Positions 60,633 through 64,000 of a stretch of 64,000 nucleotides of DNA are shown here, one piece after another (position 1 is the stretch's first letter; each line of letters begins with the position of its first letter). A program made the position numbers and the translations under genes. This DNA is from Balanoglossus misakiensis (lineage: Eukaryota > Animalia > Hemichordata), in NCBI GenBank assembly GCA_040954595.2, contig CM082576.2, forward strand, positions 8,435,129 to 8,499,128. Direction: 5' to 3'. Under the pieces are notes generated by a model. That model ran no database searches, was not told where the DNA came from, and saw nothing but the letters and a program-made list of their open reading frames with translations.

Positions 60633-63463
60633 TCGGAAGAGCGCAGCGAACTGCGCGTTTTCCTTGCCGCGGGACAGGTGTAGCTTGAGCTATATTAGGT
60701 GTCCGCACCATATGGAACAATAAAAATGCAGAAAATGACACTCTTATTAACCCATCAACGTGAGAGGAATCCTACCACGCACACATTTAACCACAGAGCG
60801 CAGAGCACAGTGCGCACCGAGTTTAACTTGAGAGCGAGAGTTAAATTTAACTCGCACGGTAAAAGGAAAACACATCCCATTTATCCGTACTCCACCGGGA
60901 TAAAGCGGTGGGATTTCGGGAAAGAGGAGAGTAATTTTTTACCGAGTCTGAAATCGCTAGAGTCTTCACCGGCGCTGGGTTTTTTTGTTAAATAGGTCAT
61001 GTAAACAGAAAATCAATTGAGTCAAAGTAATGGTAAATCCTCGACTGCCATAATGGAGCAAATAAAAACGAGGTGGCGTGGGACTCGGGTTTGGTGACAG
61101 CTCGCGGTTACAGGTCTGCTCTCCATAGCACGGGGAGTCAGCCGATGTAATTACCTTAATGGCATACCTTGCATAATAATTAATAGAATGGATAAAAAAA
61201 CTGACATGCGTACAAAAGGGGTGGAATTGCTCGCTGGCAAATGAAAACTACAGCACAACCCGGCGCTAATTACGCGGCATTGTGAGCAAGGGGGCAGTGA
61301 TTTCGCCGCGGATGGGGACCCCGAGTTGAAATGAAACTCACGAGTTCCCCCCCCCCCTCCCATTAACCGTGTTTGGTCCCATTCGCCACCCCACCGCGCC
61401 TTCGCTAATTTCGAGAGCTTCACCTGAGGGAAAACAAAAATGTCCCCCGCCGATTCAAGAAGGGAAGGCCGTCACAATGGACAAGTCGGGATCACCTGCG
61501 GATCGCATCTCAAAACCGCGTCAAGCTCGACTGAGTTGGATAATAGCTAGAAATCGACTCCCCGTGTCTATTTTCCCCACAAACTTTAAACATTTTGTCG
61601 TCCATGCTGTTACTGTTGTGCCCGGGAATGTGACATTTGCAAACTTTGGGCTGAAGACACGCTAAACACTGAAGAATCGCAGAATATTGCTCAACGGGTA
61701 TGAAATATACCCCACCAAAAAAACAAACAAACAATAGTCCCACAAACTTTCGCACATTTCGATAAACGCGTGTCGAGTACAATATTTTGTCAAAACAAAC
61801 ACATCGATACCTGGCAGTTTCATTGCGCGGCACTCAGCAGATCCGGCTAAACGAGTTCCACCGCTTCGCCGCGGCGAATGAGTGGTTCTCGAACGGCAGT
61901 TTCAAGATTTCCTCGTCTAATTTTATGCGGCGTGTAATGCATTTGGAAAGTTACTCTCTGGCCAAAGTCTTCAAAAACTCGGAATTCGACAACGCCGGCC
62001 GAGAAAAAGAATGGCCACACCTATAGTATGTCAATCACAAGAACGCGCAGAATTTTGTTTTCGCTTAACAAACACACAGAAGTCCCCAATAACTTGCAAT
62101 GATCAGAAAGACGTTTTATTTATTTCTTCTTGTCTCGAGACACTCGCACTGTCTTCGTCTTGTGAGAGGGCGGGAATGCCTCAGCGGATATCATGTTCGA
62201 AATGGAAGAAACATGAATATACTCCCGGCACAGTATTTTAATTTGATATCCCCCCCCCTAGTTTTGTCCACAGGAGAAGAGCGACTAGAAATTATGCCCG
62301 CGCACAGCTTGTGTTTTTCTATTACCGTCAAATTTCCCCATTAATTCAATATTTTCCGATTTTAATTTTTTAAATCGGCCGCGGACGGGTAATTCAACAG
62401 TGATTTATACGGTCACCGACTGGCTTGCTATCATTGCGACGAGGAAGCATTTTAATTACTGGCGTAATATCGAATAATCAGACAAGTGGGCGGATTATAC
62501 GGCGGAGATGCATCTTCATTATTTTAGAGTCCGCTAGATGGTAATGAAATCGACAACCCGGAGCTGTGACGTCACCATCGACGCGCGCGCGCTTTTCTCC
62601 ACTGCCACGATGCAAGCCGTCTTACAAGTCCCCCGAAAGCCCACCCTTGTAATTTTCAAGCGGCGACGAGTCCATTCTGCCGTAAATGTGTATAATTAGT
62701 ACACAGATGAAAATCATACACGGGCCAGTGGAAAGTTCCTGCTGGAAATATCTCACCCCCATTCTCCTCGGTAATGTAATAATTCATCGCCTCTTTTTCG
62801 CCTCCACGACGTTCCACTATCCCCTTCAAGCTCAGTCGTTTCCTGATACATCTCGGCGTGAACGTTTGTCTATCTTTTTTTGTGCGTGAAAAAAAAGCCA
62901 ATTGGGTCCCTGAAAATCTCCAGAAAGATTACCATAATGTTTTGCGAAGGCTTGCCAACTTAACACCTGAGCACTGGCTCCGACTGTCAAAAGATTTCTG
63001 CCAACTCTTTTTTTTCTATTTCACGGTGTGTAAACAATTACGCTCGGAGTACTAAAATACTCTCCCTTTCACAAATTGAATTCGTTATGTGTGAAGGACA
63101 TGTGATAATCCCCAAAAGTCGCATCCCTCCCCTCAAATTTCATTTCTCCATTCTATTAATACTACCGCCATCGATTGATTGATTATTATAATTTCAAACA
63201 GAACGAAACCGCGACTAACGCAGGAATCTAAAGCCCACGCTCACCGGCGAGCGCGCGTTGAAATTGGAACATATACAAAGCTTCGGGAAGTGTCCATTCC
63301 CATTGGATGAAACATTTAGAATCTCATTCCTGGTCTCTGTCTTATGCTTGGAAACATTTGGGGTTACAGCATATTGTCCTTGACCTCAAAATCTCGAGCC
63401 CAGTCCTTTTCATTCTCGAAAATTATCGAGTTGCGTTTCCATCTATTTTTATGGGGGTAGTGG

Positions 63464-63765
<302 letters not shown>

Positions 63766-64000
63766 ATTGAACGAACGAACGAGCCACCTTCACCGGAGAG
63801 AGACCAAAGTCAAAACTACTACCATCTAACTTGAATCCATGTATTTCACAGAAAAAAAATTAGATTGATTTGTCAGTAAGTTTTTTTCAGGCTTGTTGAT
63901 TAATTCTGCGCCACAAATAATTCGTCTTGTCTTCAGCCCGACAACGGTCCTGATTTCGTTATTTCCTTTTTTACGACCTCGACGGGCATTGGATCATGTC

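Overview
This is eukaryotic (metazoan) genomic DNA, not prokaryotic. The 64-kb window contains one protein-coding gene I can support: an Otx/orthodenticle PRD-class K50 homeobox gene on the minus strand. It has three coding exons (29502-29616, 24890-25041, 16052-16669), canonical GT-AG junctions and a predicted 294-aa protein with WSP motif and a single Otx tail. The protein style suggests an invertebrate deuterostome, most plausibly an enteropneust hemichordate (inference). The rest is gene-free non-coding DNA with no recognisable transposon ORFs. It holds microsatellites, a ~2-kb 3' UTR, two candidate CCAAT/CRE promoters with non-coding first exons ~18 kb apart, a possible third intronic start, and many homeodomain/Otx/GATA/CTCF-like motifs. 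Most entries in the ORF track look spurious (non-ATG starts, repeats, antisense shadows). I found no new multi-gene system. The most interesting signals are RNA-level features of Otx: every acceptor is followed by a donor-like GT (recursive-splicing geometry), an in-frame alternative donor before the homeodomain, a hydrophobic uORF with a triple stop, and possible antisense exons. All are predictions needing RNA data.
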